Part shown: positions 14,008 to 26,359 of the stretch, one piece after another
Numbering within the stretch: position 1 is the stretch's first letter
Layout of the letters: each line of letters begins with the position of its first letter
NCBI GenBank assembly: GCA_028534125.1
Contig: CM052818.1
Span: forward strand, 29,824,001 to 29,888,000
Direction: 5' to 3'
DNA length: 64,000 nt
Source of the DNA: Lama glama
Taxonomy: Eukaryota
The notes under the pieces: model-generated
What the model saw: only the letters and a program-made list of their open reading frames with translations
What the model was told of the DNA's origin: nothing
Databases searched by the model: none
Made by a program: the position numbers and the translations under genes

Positions 14008-16900
14008 GTAGAGATGGTCAAAAGAGAGATTATATATTTTAGAAGCAAATCCTGTGTACATCATCTGAACTCTCATTATTTCCTCTTCAAGATACATTTC
14101 ACATGTCTTCCTGTTTAAAAGTTTGCTTTCAATAATTATAATTTGCTAAAAGCTTTAAAAGCTGACGTTTTCTTGAACTCCATTAACTAAATACATGAAA
14201 GATTTCCAATTGATTTTGAACACAATGAAGTCAAAACACAGACTCCTTAAAAAAAAAAAAAAGGTTCCTATCATTGTAGGATACCTAAATTGATAGATAA
14301 ATTCTTCAAAAACTTAAAACATTTTTAAAGTCCCCTATCTGATGGGTAGCTAAAAGAGAAAGTATATACTGCCATACTAGAGGAATTTAATTCACAAGAA
14401 TTTGGTAGTTCAATTACTCAAACAGTGAATATGAAAATATTGTAAATGACAACAGCTAGTTTTTATTCCCAATGGTAGAAGCTTGTTTGGACCATTATGC
14501 CTACCACTGTAACCAGTTCCAAGTGCATTTCTGCTCGACAGGTTTTCTTAATTCAGGAAGAGCATTCATGTTTACCACGTTGCCACACTCCACCGTAACT
14601 TGTATCCTTATTGTCACCACTAAAGGAAATACTTAAATCTCCAATATTTAACTTTTTAACTGAAATAACTATAGTATTCAGAACAATGCCAGATATTTCA
14701 CCTTTGATAGAAAGAATTGCCAAAAATTTTATTTTGAGTCCACCAATTGGGTGAAAAAAATTAAAACCATTATGAGAACCAAATTAATGAGTTTTCTATT
14801 TGAAGCACCTGATGTTACTGATATAAAACTGGCAAATTCAACTGTTAATGAACGGCTTCTGCTAAAAGGGCTAGCACATTAACAGCTATGACCTCACTTT
14901 TCATACATGCACAAGAAAATTTGGCATCAACTAATTTTCTAAATGAACTTCGCTCGTTTTCCTTTGCTCTAGATAAAAAGTCCAGCCTCACAGAATGACA
15001 TGAAAATGCACCTCCTACAGCTGCGTACTAAATTGTCATCTTTGGACATGCTTTCTATTAAAAAAACAACAACCAACTTTTGACGTATACGCTAATATTT
15101 CTTCAGAAGACTTGGGTCTTCTGGTTTTCATGTGACCAGTGATATGACTGCAGTCCCTGGGGTGGAATGTAAATATCCACTACATTTTGTGCCAGTTATA
15201 CAGTCATTAACTCTCTTGACAAGTGAAAACTGACTTAATTGTTCACTAAAACATTTTTTTTATTTGTTTGCTTTTTGGAGATGATTATGGCCAAAAGGGT
15301 TTATTATAAACTACATAAATGTTACCAAGCAGTATATAACATAGGAATAGTGGTATATTTAGACCATCCAGTAAGTGACCAAAACCTCGCAGAAAGAGAA
15401 TTCAGACTATTCTCCATGTGCTTTTATTTCTGGCAGGATTGCTCTGCCTGTGCTCCCCAGACATCTAGCCTACAGTTCCCCACATTTCCCACTAATCCTG
15501 CCAACTGGTAGCCAAGCAGCGTCACACACCTCACAGGCCACAACTTGGCACACACGTCTGAAATATACCAAAGGGCTTATTGAGACACTGGCTCAAACAT
15601 TTCTCCTACCGCCACCCAAGATGTGAAGGTGGTGGCAGTCCTCGACCACTCAGAGCAAGCACAGTTGGTCTTCTCAGCAAGCATCCTGCACACTGTCCTT
15701 GACGGGGCAATGTGAGTTAAGGTGCAACTGGACAGGGCTGGGGGCAAAGAGGCTCCTGCTGGTCATCTTTCAGATCTGAGCACGTTGTACAGTAGGAGCT
15801 CCATCCACTACACACGTGCTGAGCACAACACCAGATGAGGCTATGGCCAGAGATGGAAGAACAAAGTGGTTCTTTGGGAAAAGCCATTCCAAATTCTTCT
15901 AATGTAACTATTAATAACAGCACTTCATTTAAAAATTAAAAATCTGGGACAAACGCTAAAGTGGACAGGTTACCAGGATAAAAGGCATAAACTGGGATGG
16001 CCACTGATGCTTAGTGAATCCTCAAATCCTCACCCTTCTTCATGCTCTTCACCCACCTGTGAAGCCAGCTCCCCTCTCGATCATCGACCTACTTCCCACC
16101 AGTCAGTGAACAGCTGAGCTAAGCCCTGTCGCATCTCTGGCCCCGTCAGTCCACAGGACCACGCACCTCCTCTCAACTGCTACAGCTCTTCCGCCAATCT
16201 GTGTCTCTGCACAGATACACTGCCAGTAATATTGTATAACCTCACCAAGGTGAGCGGCCAGTTAACCGAGGAAGAACATTTAGGAAAATTTAAAAATTTT
16301 AAAGGGAGAAAATTGACAAAAGAAAAGGAATGCCGTATGTATGTTGAAGGAGGGGTGGAAAATGATAGGAAGTGGCATTTTCCTTTTTTAGGGCTGCACA
16401 TACTAGCTTGATAGCTGAGTGATTTCTTTGTTCTTACTTTTTGCAAAAAAGTAGGGGGCAATGAGAATAACAACTACCTAAGGGCTTATGGTTTAATTTT
16501 GGCTTTAAGTCTATGAAATCCTGCTTGGAAGGTTTGGTGACCGCTTCCACTCACTTTCTTCAGCTTCCAACAGTCCACAAACCCTAGAAGTCTAAGGCTG
16601 AATTTTAGTAGTTTCAGAAGTTACTCGGGAAAATGGTATAGGTAGGTGTAAGCGAATGACAGCTGGCAAGCTCAAGAACACGAATGCAAATGGTACACAC
16701 GTCTTCCGGTTCTCTAAGGATGCACCATAGACAGTGCATTTCATTTTGTAGACCATCCGTGATAGAAAACCAAACTCTCCTATTTACCAATTTTATTTCA
16801 GGAAGCCATTACAATGCACAAAAGCCATTCAAGTATCACTCTCATTTTGCCTGTTGTTATTAAACCCAACTGCTTGGATACGTCTGAAAAGGGGAGACAG

Positions 16901-17013
16901 AATTTTTTTGGTGGGGGGAGGTTGGTTGGTTGGTTATTTAGTAAATTAGTTATCGGAGGTACTGGGGATTGAACCTAAGCATGCACTCTACCACTGAACT
17001 ATATACCCTCCCC
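16901..17013 (-). mobile_element. tRNA-derived SINE (vic-1 type) with an internal deletion between the A and B boxes
   Basis: ggaggtactggggattgaacc-taagcatgcactctaccactgaactatataccctcccc. About 16 nt shorter than the other copies between the boxes. Confidence 0.85.
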
Positions 17014-17289
17014 ACCAAACCTTTAAAATTCTATGTTTCTGTTTTCCTTTCATTTGAGGACTTAGAGGAGACAATAGCATGTCAGAGCTCTCCTTCTTCG
17101 GGGACAGTTCAAACGTGGATCGCAAGTTGTAAGTCTACGGTGTGCACATTTGCATCTCCTAGTAATTCTGTACAACTGCGGCATCATGTGCCTGCATATT
17201 CTGGCCTGGCTTACAGCCTGCCTGAATTGGATCCACATGACAAACTGCAAAATATCCTCACATAACATCTGTTTCTACTGTGATGCTGC

Positions 17290-18123
17290 TTCAAGCAATT
17301 GTCATTTCTTTGTCTTGCTAAGTAATTAATTCAAAATTATACGAGACCCCCAAGCCCTGTCAAGCCCTCCCTTACAAATTCCCTCACATCCACCCCTTCT
17401 TTCCTACTGCTCCACCCACACTGACAACTGTCCCGCTAGACCACTGCTACAGTCTCCTAGGACTGTCTACGTCTAGCATCTCCCATGGCCACAGTGTTGC
17501 CAAAACAACGTTCCTAATTCACCTCCATGCATACCACATTCCTTCCCTGAAACAAAGCCAAACACATATCAACCCTTCAATGGCTCCCAGTCTGCCAAAT
17601 AAAAAACCCAAAGAGTTCAGCCTCACACTTGAGACCTTCCATAATCTGGCTGCAGTCTAGCTTTCCCATTGGGACTGGTCTATTCTCTTCCACTCTGAAA
17701 AACCAGCCTGTTCACTAGCGCTGTTTCCCCAGTGCACACGCGCACACATGCCCCTTCCCTTTCTATTTCCAGGGTTGGGCTCATACTGTTCACCTGCCTG
17801 AATGCCCTCACCACTCCCCTTGCCTTGGCTGATTTAGGTACTATGTATGCTTCAAAGCCAAATTCACCATCTTCTCTTCATTGTCTACCAAAGGCAAAAA
17901 TGGTCTCCTTGGCCTCTGTAAAACTAGTGAGTTACAAATCACTCGCTGGGTATTTCTTTGATGCCTCACACTGTTGGCAGTGTGGTCTCTGCCCGTTTCA
18001 CTAGACTGTAGCAGTGAGTACAAGCCAGGCCACCCAGCGACCTGCTGCTATTGCTTGCTCCTCTGGTTCAGCGCGATGTGCACAGCAGACAATTCATACA
18101 TAATTGACTGAATAACTGGTTGA
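17290..18123 (+). mobile_element. L2 LINE 3' portion (degraded)
   Basis: Pyrimidine-rich L2 motifs (aacccttcaatggctccca, gaccttccataatctggc, cctgcctgaatgccct, cactagactgta) and a tgaa-type tail. Confidence 0.65.
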
Positions 18124-18129
18124 AGATAT

Positions 18130-19270
18130 GCATTCACTCATTCAACAATTATTTATTAAAGACCCAATATGTGCTAGGGACTGTTACAGGCACTAGAAAA
18201 ATGTAGATGAACCACACAGATAAAAACTTCTGCCTTCTCCTCCTAGTGGAGGAGAAACAGATTTTTCTTAAAGTTAGCTATATAAAATAATAGAAGGTGT
18301 AAGTGCTATGGAGAAAAATAAAGGAGGGAAGGAAAACAAGGAGTGTAAGGTAGGGGTGGAAAGTGATCATTAAACAGAATGAACACGAAGGCCTCTCTGA
18401 GAAAGCGACATTTGGGCACAGACACGAATGAGGTAATGGAGCGAGTCAGGCAGGTATCTGGAAGAAGAACATTCCAGGCAGAGGAACAGCAAGTACTAAA
18501 AGCCTGAGGCAGAAACATGCCAGGATGGTCAGGGAAGAACAAGGAGGCTCATGTGGGGTGAGTGAGGAGGAAGGTGGGAGGAGGATGGGAAAGAAGCACA
18601 GGAGCTAGGCTTGAGGGAGCCCTGGGAGCCAGGAAGGGGCACTGACGATGAGCCGGAGTGACACATCTGACTGGCGTTCGAAAGGATCAATCTAGATGTT
18701 CACTGAGACCAGGCAGAAGGATAGAGGCAGGAAGACCAGTAAGGAGGCAATATACGAACTAGGTGAGAGATGATGGGGGTGTGACCAGAATGGTGGCAGG
18801 TGGTAAGCAGCTATCTGGTTCTGGATATATTTTGAAGGCAGATGTAGGGTTTGCTGACGGAGTCAATGTGGGGTATGAGGCAAAGAGGAATCAAGGATGA
18901 CTCCAAGGCCAGATGGGCCGCCACTTACAGGGATGAGGATGACCTTGGGGGCAAAAGCTCTCAGGAGGGGGAGAACAGTGTGTCAGATACTAGAACGTTA
19001 AGTTTGAATAACAAATGGGGAAAGTGAGGAAGCAGTGAGCTGCAGTAGTCTAGAGTTCAGGGGAGCAGACAGGACTGAAAATAAACTCTTGGGAGTTGTC
19101 AGCATGTAGCTAGTACTTGAAGCTAGGGGACTAGATGAAATCAAGGGAGTAAGTGTAGACAGAGTTCAAGGCCAAGGAATAACCCCTGGGAACCAGTAAA
19201 AAGACTGAGAAGAAGTAGCCAGTGAGGCACAAGGAAAACGTTAAGGCTGGACATTAAGAAGAGACTGTGT
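18130..19270 (-). mobile_element. L2 LINE 3' portion (L2a-like)
   Basis: cattcactcattcaacaattatttattaaagacccaatatgtgctagg, aacattccaggcagaggaacagcaagtactaaagcctgaggcag, ggaatcaaggatgactccaagg. Confidence 0.85.
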
Positions 19271-19510
19271 TCTGGAGAAAACTACTCACATCTGTGAGAC
19301 AGCCGGCGCTGGTTTAACTTAGACCACGGAGGCTGACCAAGGGAATTCATTTTCCCCACTCCTTAGGGCTGCGGTGGTTGGGTGAACTTTAAGCAGAGGC
19401 TACTAAGATAAGCAAGGATATGATACAGCTTTCCATAAAAGTATAATTTTAATAATAGAAAACTGAGTTCTATTTTCTACCAAAAAAGTCTAGTGATAAT
19501 CAAGTTAGTA

Positions 19511-19705
19511 CAGGGCTTCTCAGCCTTGACACTATCAACATTTTAGCCCAGATAATTCTTTACGGTGCAGGGCTGTGCTGTGCATCATGAGATGTTTAGC
19601 AGCATCCCTGGTCTCCACCCATTAGATGTCGGCAGTACACCCCTTCACTTCCCCACCATTGCCAAACGACACAGGGACAAAATTGTCCCCAGTTGAGGAC
19701 CCATG
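19511..19705 (+). mobile_element. MER20 hAT-Charlie MITE
   Basis: cagggcttctcagccttgacactatcaacatttt...gatgtttagcagcatccctggtctccacccattagatg...cccagttgaggaccc. TSD agttagta / agttagag. Confidence 0.88.
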
Positions 19706-19984
19706 AGTTAGAGCAAGCTGTCAACAAAAACCAATTCTAAGTCTATGTTAAGCATCCTTGCTGCCAAATGTAACTGTTAGCGTCTGCTGATTTTCCGTAC
19801 TCCCACCTGCCCTCCTCTCTTCTCCAGGCGTCTCACCAGCCAGCTGATTTGGAAGGTTCTCATTGTATTTACTACATAGAGTGAGGAAATTAAGCAACTA
19901 GCTCCATCTGTCATAAAAAAAGTACTTCTGATTTTCTTTCAATGTAAAAATATGCCCCAAGACTACCCAGTTCAAAAACGACCA

Positions 19985-20459
19985 TTTCTGTACACCCTTG
20001 TTCACCACGGCACTTCTCACTTCTCACCCAGTGTCCAGCCACAAATGGATAAACACACTGGTATATGCACACACTGGAATATTACTCAGACTTAAAAGAA
20101 AGAAAATTCTGACATATAATACAACATGGATGAACCTGAGGACATTACACGAAGTGAAATATGTCAGTCACAAAAGGACAAGTAGTGGATGATTCCACCC
20201 ACAGGAGGTACTTAGAGTAGCCAAATTCAGAGGCAGAAAGCAGAGTGGTTGTCGGGGACTAGACTTGGGGGTGGAGAACAGGGAGCTGTTGTTTAATGGG
20301 CACAGGGTTTCAGTTTTGCAGGATGCAAAAAGCTGTTGAGATGCGGGTGGCAATGGCTGCACAACAAAGTGAAGGTAATTAACACTACTGAACTACACAG
20401 TGAGAAATGGCTAGGATGAAAAATTTTATGTTAAGTGATTTTCACCACATTAAAAAAAC
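19985..20459 (+). mobile_element. L1MB-type 3' end
   Basis: aatggataaac...aacatggatgaacctgaggacatt...agggtttcagttttgcaggatg...ttcaccacattaaaaaaa. Confidence 0.85.
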
Positions 20460-21273
20460 AGAGTGCAGATTCTGGAGTCAGACTGTCTGGGTTCAAATAC
20501 CCGTAAAGTGCTCAATGAGGTACCTGGCTCATAGTAAGTGCTCAGTAAACATTAGTGGCTGATTATAAATCAGTATTATACATAGAGTTACACCAAGTCA
20601 GGGTGTATGTTTGTCAGGAGCATGGTTGACAGTTACGTGTGACTTTGGTGATTAGGAAAGCAGTTATAGAGAAAGTTTGGTTTAAAAAAATGACCATTTC
20701 TGGGAATAAAATCACTTTACTAACTGCATATCATTAAATACAAAGTAAGCTGATCTCTTTCCCCTCAAAATTAGGTCCACTCCTGTGGATTTAGCTTGTT
20801 ACTTACTTATTTTAAAGATGCAGTTTCCTTTTGTATTATCTTTTCAAACCTTTAAAAATTTTTTAAATATTTAAAAATATTTGTGCATATGTAAATACAG
20901 ACTTTTTTCCCTTAAAATGATCAACTACCATTCTATGTATTACCCTGTTTATACAGAAGTTCTTTTTTCCATATTGACTTCAGCAATTACTTGCAGAGCC
21001 CCATACTGTCTGTAATTTTGACTTTCATTCACTTCCTTCCTAGCACATCTACTCAAACTGGGACCTAGTTTTAATAGCTGTATTTGCGTTAAGGACATTT
21101 AATCGAAATAACAAAATGAAATAGAAAAATGACTAACAGAAGCACAAAAGAAAGCGACTAAGAGAAAACCAGCCTGTCTACTCTCAGTGACAAGCAAGAA
21201 ATTATCAGAGACGAGGGTCTCAGCTCGGAGATGAGCTCACCAGTCATGAGGACAGAAAATGGGTATGCATTCA

Positions 21274-21567
<294 letters not shown>

Positions 21568-23889
21568 CTAGAAACAACAACAGAAATAACTAAACTGCTG
21601 AATAGTGACGAACGGCTACTCTGTAGCACACAGACGTCTTCTATCCCACATGATCCAAAATTTTATTTTCAAAGTTTGAGATGCCCTCCTTCTTTCATGC
21701 ATCGAGGACACAGGCTGAAAAAGAGAGGAACAACAGAAGACAAATACGGTACAGGTAACAGAGGAACAAGAAGTAAGAGGCGAATGTGCTTTGCTGGCCT
21801 CTGGAATCTTCAAGGAGAGGCACTGAGGAGAAGCTGACTGCATGATACCTGCGGGACTCCGCTCCCCGTTTCCCTGCGTCCCACTCCAGTTGTCACGACT
21901 GGGACCATTTGTTAGAGCAAACATCTAATTCATCTCCACCCAGTGGTAATGAAAAGTATGTCTTCCCTTTCTAAAAATGGGATGCTTGGGGAGTCTATGA
22001 CTGCTGAAAAATTTATAAAAGAAGGAAGAGGATACAATTTACTAGATATTGCTAAACCCCTACCTCTTATCTGAACTAATTTCACCTCACAGATAAAACC
22101 TGCCAGCATGAGACCTATCTGCCTCCAGACAGTCCGTTCACTTTGGAAGTTAAAGCCCATCCTCAACACACGGCTTGGGTATTCTTCTCATGTATCTACA
22201 ATTTGGATTCACCTTGTCACCCAAGCTAATTCTGTACTTGTCACAAGTACTACCCCACTTCTCCCGACCCATGTCCACTCCCCCAACCCCCACTTCTGAT
22301 CAACTTCAACAGAGAACAAGCAGTATGGTGTTCCTTACACACATACATCTTCACATAACAGCAGTGGGGTCACCAAAGATGCCGAGAAAGTCACGGCCAC
22401 AGTTGATGTCGACATCCAGGAAGCGATCCTTCGATAGCTAAGATGTTCAGACCTAGACTCCGTAACTTATGTAGCTCACAATCTTAAAGTCTGTATATTT
22501 GATTTTCTTTAGACTTGACATATAATTATAATTTTTGAGGAATCTTTTAAAGGCTGTGCTTCTAAAAAGTGTCTTCAGATGCTGGCTCATTTGCATTTCT
22601 GATATGGTATGTGTTATGTAGGTCTTTTAGGCCTAGTCTGAAAATGAAACCAGGATTTATAAAAAGGATTCTAAGGGAAAACAGTTCCAAGTCCTAAATA
22701 GCCAAAATAAACATGAATTTTTCAAATATAACCTATGTAATTCCTTTATTCACAGAAAATACAATAGCCATTAATGTATCTCATATAATTCTATATTCAA
22801 TATATTATTTTTCAATAAAGATATTTCAATATATTTTATACTAAATGTATTTATTTTTACATATATATGTATATATATTCAATCAAATTGTGTGTAACAA
22901 ACTGTAGCCACAGGAGGATTTTTGCTGAAATGACCTTACAGTTTAGTTGAAGACATTCTCTTGTCAGCACAGCACTGAAACTTGGTATCCACCTTCTCCC
23001 ATTTCTGCTTTAAACTGCTAGAGTGGATTCTGTGGTCTGCAATCAAATAATGACCATTATAGTAACTGGGCACAGAAGTGACTGCAGGCAGTACACTCCT
23101 GCAAAAAAATGAAAATTTGTGATTGGTTATCTCATCTGGTTGGATCTGAAGACAATGAGGATACAATGATCACAAGAGGGTTTAACACCTGTAGTCCATG
23201 GTATCCAGTGATAAAAGAAGCTCTTCAATGACGACCTGCAGTACCTTGGAATGAAGCACCTATCTAACGTAAGGCTTTTGTGCTCTGAGTGACAGGACAC
23301 TGCGAGAGAACACAAGACTGTGAGGTAGGTCAGCTGCTTTTAGTTCACTAGGCAGCACATGTACGTACACACACCTACACCCACACACACCCACAAGACA
23401 CTTAGTGCTTTAAATCCTCGAGGTGAGAGAACTAGGGAATTTCTGTAAGTGTCTAAAACATTTCCTTTTTCCTTGTAGCTGCAAAGCTGGTGCAGCCAAA
23501 AATCAGATACAGAGACCGCCCTTGCAGGACTGCTGAATTACGATATAGGATAAATTCAGTTTTACTAGTTCTGTGTGAAAGTTAGGGCATTTGATTGTGT
23601 TAATCAAACATGCTTTAGTCATTCATTTTATTTCCTCTATTGCCTTTCAGCTATATACTGTTTTAGTAAATTTTCATGATTGCTCTAGGGCTGTGCATCT
23701 TCAATTTCTCTAAGTTCATTCAGAGTTAACATTGCTATCACCTCACGCTTCTCACGTCGTAAGTGGCCTTCCCAAATATCTGTTCCACAGAAACAAAGAG
23801 CGATAAACAAATTATTGCTGTTGTTTTAAGCCATCAAGTTTTGATGTGGTTTGTTACATACCAGTAACAACCACAATGGTTGTTTAAAG

Positions 23890-25095
23890 CAAGAGGATTG
23901 CTGTAGTACCAGTTACTTCATGATGGCCCAGAGAAGAGGGCATTGATTATAAAAGAGCAAAACTCAAGAATTTAACACTTGGATGATTCAGACAACAGAA
24001 AGTCCCAAAACTTTACTGAGTTTCCTATGTCAGTAGAGACTAGTGCCACCTTGCTTAAGGACACAGTGAAGACTGCATCTCAGGGAGTTACCTTGCAAAA
24101 AAATTCCAATTCTCATACTTGACCCTTCCACCCTTCACTGCCTCTAGTGATATAAATAGATTTTACACACATAAAGAACTGCAAGATATTGCTGCTTTCT
24201 AGAGACCTTGGGACCATGTGTTAAAAGAGATTCTAAGGCCATAGACAAAGAGGATCATAATTTTAAATCAGCTGAATTCAGATACTTATCAGAAAATTTT
24301 GATTCACAGTACTAACTCAAGCAGCTGGGGATGGTTTTAAACTATCTGCTTAACTGTTTGACTAAAACCTGGACTCAAACATGGCCAAAACTGAAGTTGA
24401 GATGCTAGAAATTTCTTGGTGTTAACGTGGAAGAAAGAATGCAACAACTTTGAAGAAAAGTCTCTTGTTAATTTATCATTTGCAACCTATCTGTGAATAC
24501 AGAGGTGGATGACACATATCCAGCAAAAGCAGAGCCCTCAGGGAGTGCTACTTCGGAAGAAAGAGCCATAGTGAAAGCCTCTGAAGCTGCTTATCCTCAT
24601 TAAAAGAGAAAACCCTAAGCAACACTGCTTATCTGTGTAAACCACAGACATGTGTGCCACTGTCAAAAAGTTGCGAGATACTGCAAAGTGTGCGTTTGTG
24701 TTTGTGTGAGTGTTTGTGTGTGCATGGGCAGTTTAACCTACCCATTTAAACTGAGCAGAACACAGATGGGTCCCGGAAAATGTCATAGATTATGTAAACT
24801 CAGTGTAATGGTGCTCTAATTGCAGCTACTGTTCCAGACACGATCTCTTTACTGGACTAAATCATCACAGCCCCTGACCTCTGCTACACAGGTACTGATG
24901 CAGCAAGTATGTTCTTCTGCACCCAGTCACCAGACAACATCAGATGCAGTGGCCTTTCAGAAGCACAGAGAGAAGTTCACTTTCCTTATCTTGCCTCAGA
25001 AGTACATGGACTTTATGGTATAATTTAGTCTGCAAGGACCTTGATTATCTCACCATCCCATTAACTGCACCAGTCTTGATGGCATCATGCTAATA
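23890..25095 (+). mobile_element. ERV-L (class III) internal remnant: gag-like fragments and degraded reverse transcriptase
   Basis: 24740-25050 gives frame-broken peptides QNTDGSRKM, LIAATVPDTISLLD and FTFLILPQKY. These correspond to recalled ERV-L RT segments QKTDGSWRM, PIAAAVPDVVSLLE and YTFTVLPQGY. Confidence 0.75.
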
Positions 25096-25472
25096 AAACT
25101 CAAGAAACTAAAATAAAAAATCGTGTGCCAACGTCAATCAGAAACCAACTGGAGATAATACACTCTTGACACTGTAACTTGTTATTAGAAAAATGTTCAA
25201 TTTACAAAAATTCATTTGCCATATTATCTCTAAGGAACTCATCTATTAAATAAAACAAGATATGCAAAATACATGCTTATATATTTCTCATTATTTTTGT
25301 CCTTCTATGTCCTAAGAATGCTTCAATATCAAACCATTTTTTGAAGAAACTTTAAGTTTCCCCCAAATCAGAAACTCTTCTTACCTATGTAACACGACCT
25401 ATGAAATACTCTGGACTTAACAGTAGTTTGACACTTCCCAAATAAGTAAACCCTCAAGTAAAAGGGCTAAAC

Positions 25473-26093
25473 CACTGCACAGTCATATTATGGATTATGC
25501 CACACTAACTTGCTTAAGCTGGGAACCATGTTTCCTAAAATCCCTTTCCCTTCTGATTTCATGTTAGAGTTGACCAGAAGGGAAACTCGCTAAGGATTTG
25601 AAAGGCAGAAGTAAAGTAACAAACATTCTTTACTCTTGGAAGGCTATCATGGTTGAACATGGCATCAAACAGATGCAGAGATGTCCTTGCTCTATGCACC
25701 CGGCTCGCCTTTCCACTTGCTGGCCCTGCCAACCAATAGCAACCCCAGGCTCTCCATCAGACACTTGACCATGGACCCACAGAGCTGGCAGCTACATAGA
25801 TACAAGAGCTTTCCACAGACCTCTCCTCAAGTTCCTTCTTTATCCTCCCATTTCAAAGGCTCGAAGTACTTGGCTCCTCAGATTCCTTTAAGTAAGTTCT
25901 GACTTTTCCACTTGAGCCAAAGCTTCAAGTGGATCGGTAAATGATTCTTTCCCTGATCTCCTTACTCCCTCTTCCACATCTTCATTCCCTAACTCTACCC
26001 ACATCTGTATAAGATCAAATGCCTTTGGCAAACTTCTTATTCCCCAAAATATTCAAAGTGGCTCTGCTTTCATAAACAAAACCTGCATGATGC
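25473..26093 (+). mobile_element. ERVL LTR (LTR33/LTR41-like)
   Basis: taagctgggaaccatgtttcctaaaatccctttcc...gatttgaaaggcagaagtaaag, and terminal agtggctctgctttc...tgatgca. Confidence 0.7.
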
Positions 26094-26359
26094 AATCTTT
26101 TTTTCATTTTTGCCTTTTAAACTCCTTGTGTGTCCTGTCATCTGATAGTGATTTACAGATTAATTTTTATCCAGCACATTGTTAAGTGCATTATCTCATT
26201 TAATCTCTCTAATAATTCTGAGAGGTAGATACTAATACGCTCATTTTAAGACAAATAAATACAAATTTAGATTCCTTGATCAACTGGTCAGCGCAAAACC
26301 AAAAGACACTAAGTTGAAAAACAGGACCCTGATTTCAGGTTCAATACTCTTCCTATTTC

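Larger units (their letters stand above)
11673..16007 (-). mobile_element. Near full-length hAT-Blackjack-type DNA transposon fossil, interrupted by four younger insertions
   Basis: MER94/Blackjack-like ends. 8-bp TSD tgctcagt (11665-11672) / tgcttagt (16008-16015). Minus-strand transposase remnants: LSIKGEISGIVLNTIVISVKKLNIGDLSISFSGDNKDTSYGG (~14590-14714) and the hAT dimerisation motif LAEVALSLPVISA|HLERMFSQLKSL, split by an L1. Confidence 0.85.
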
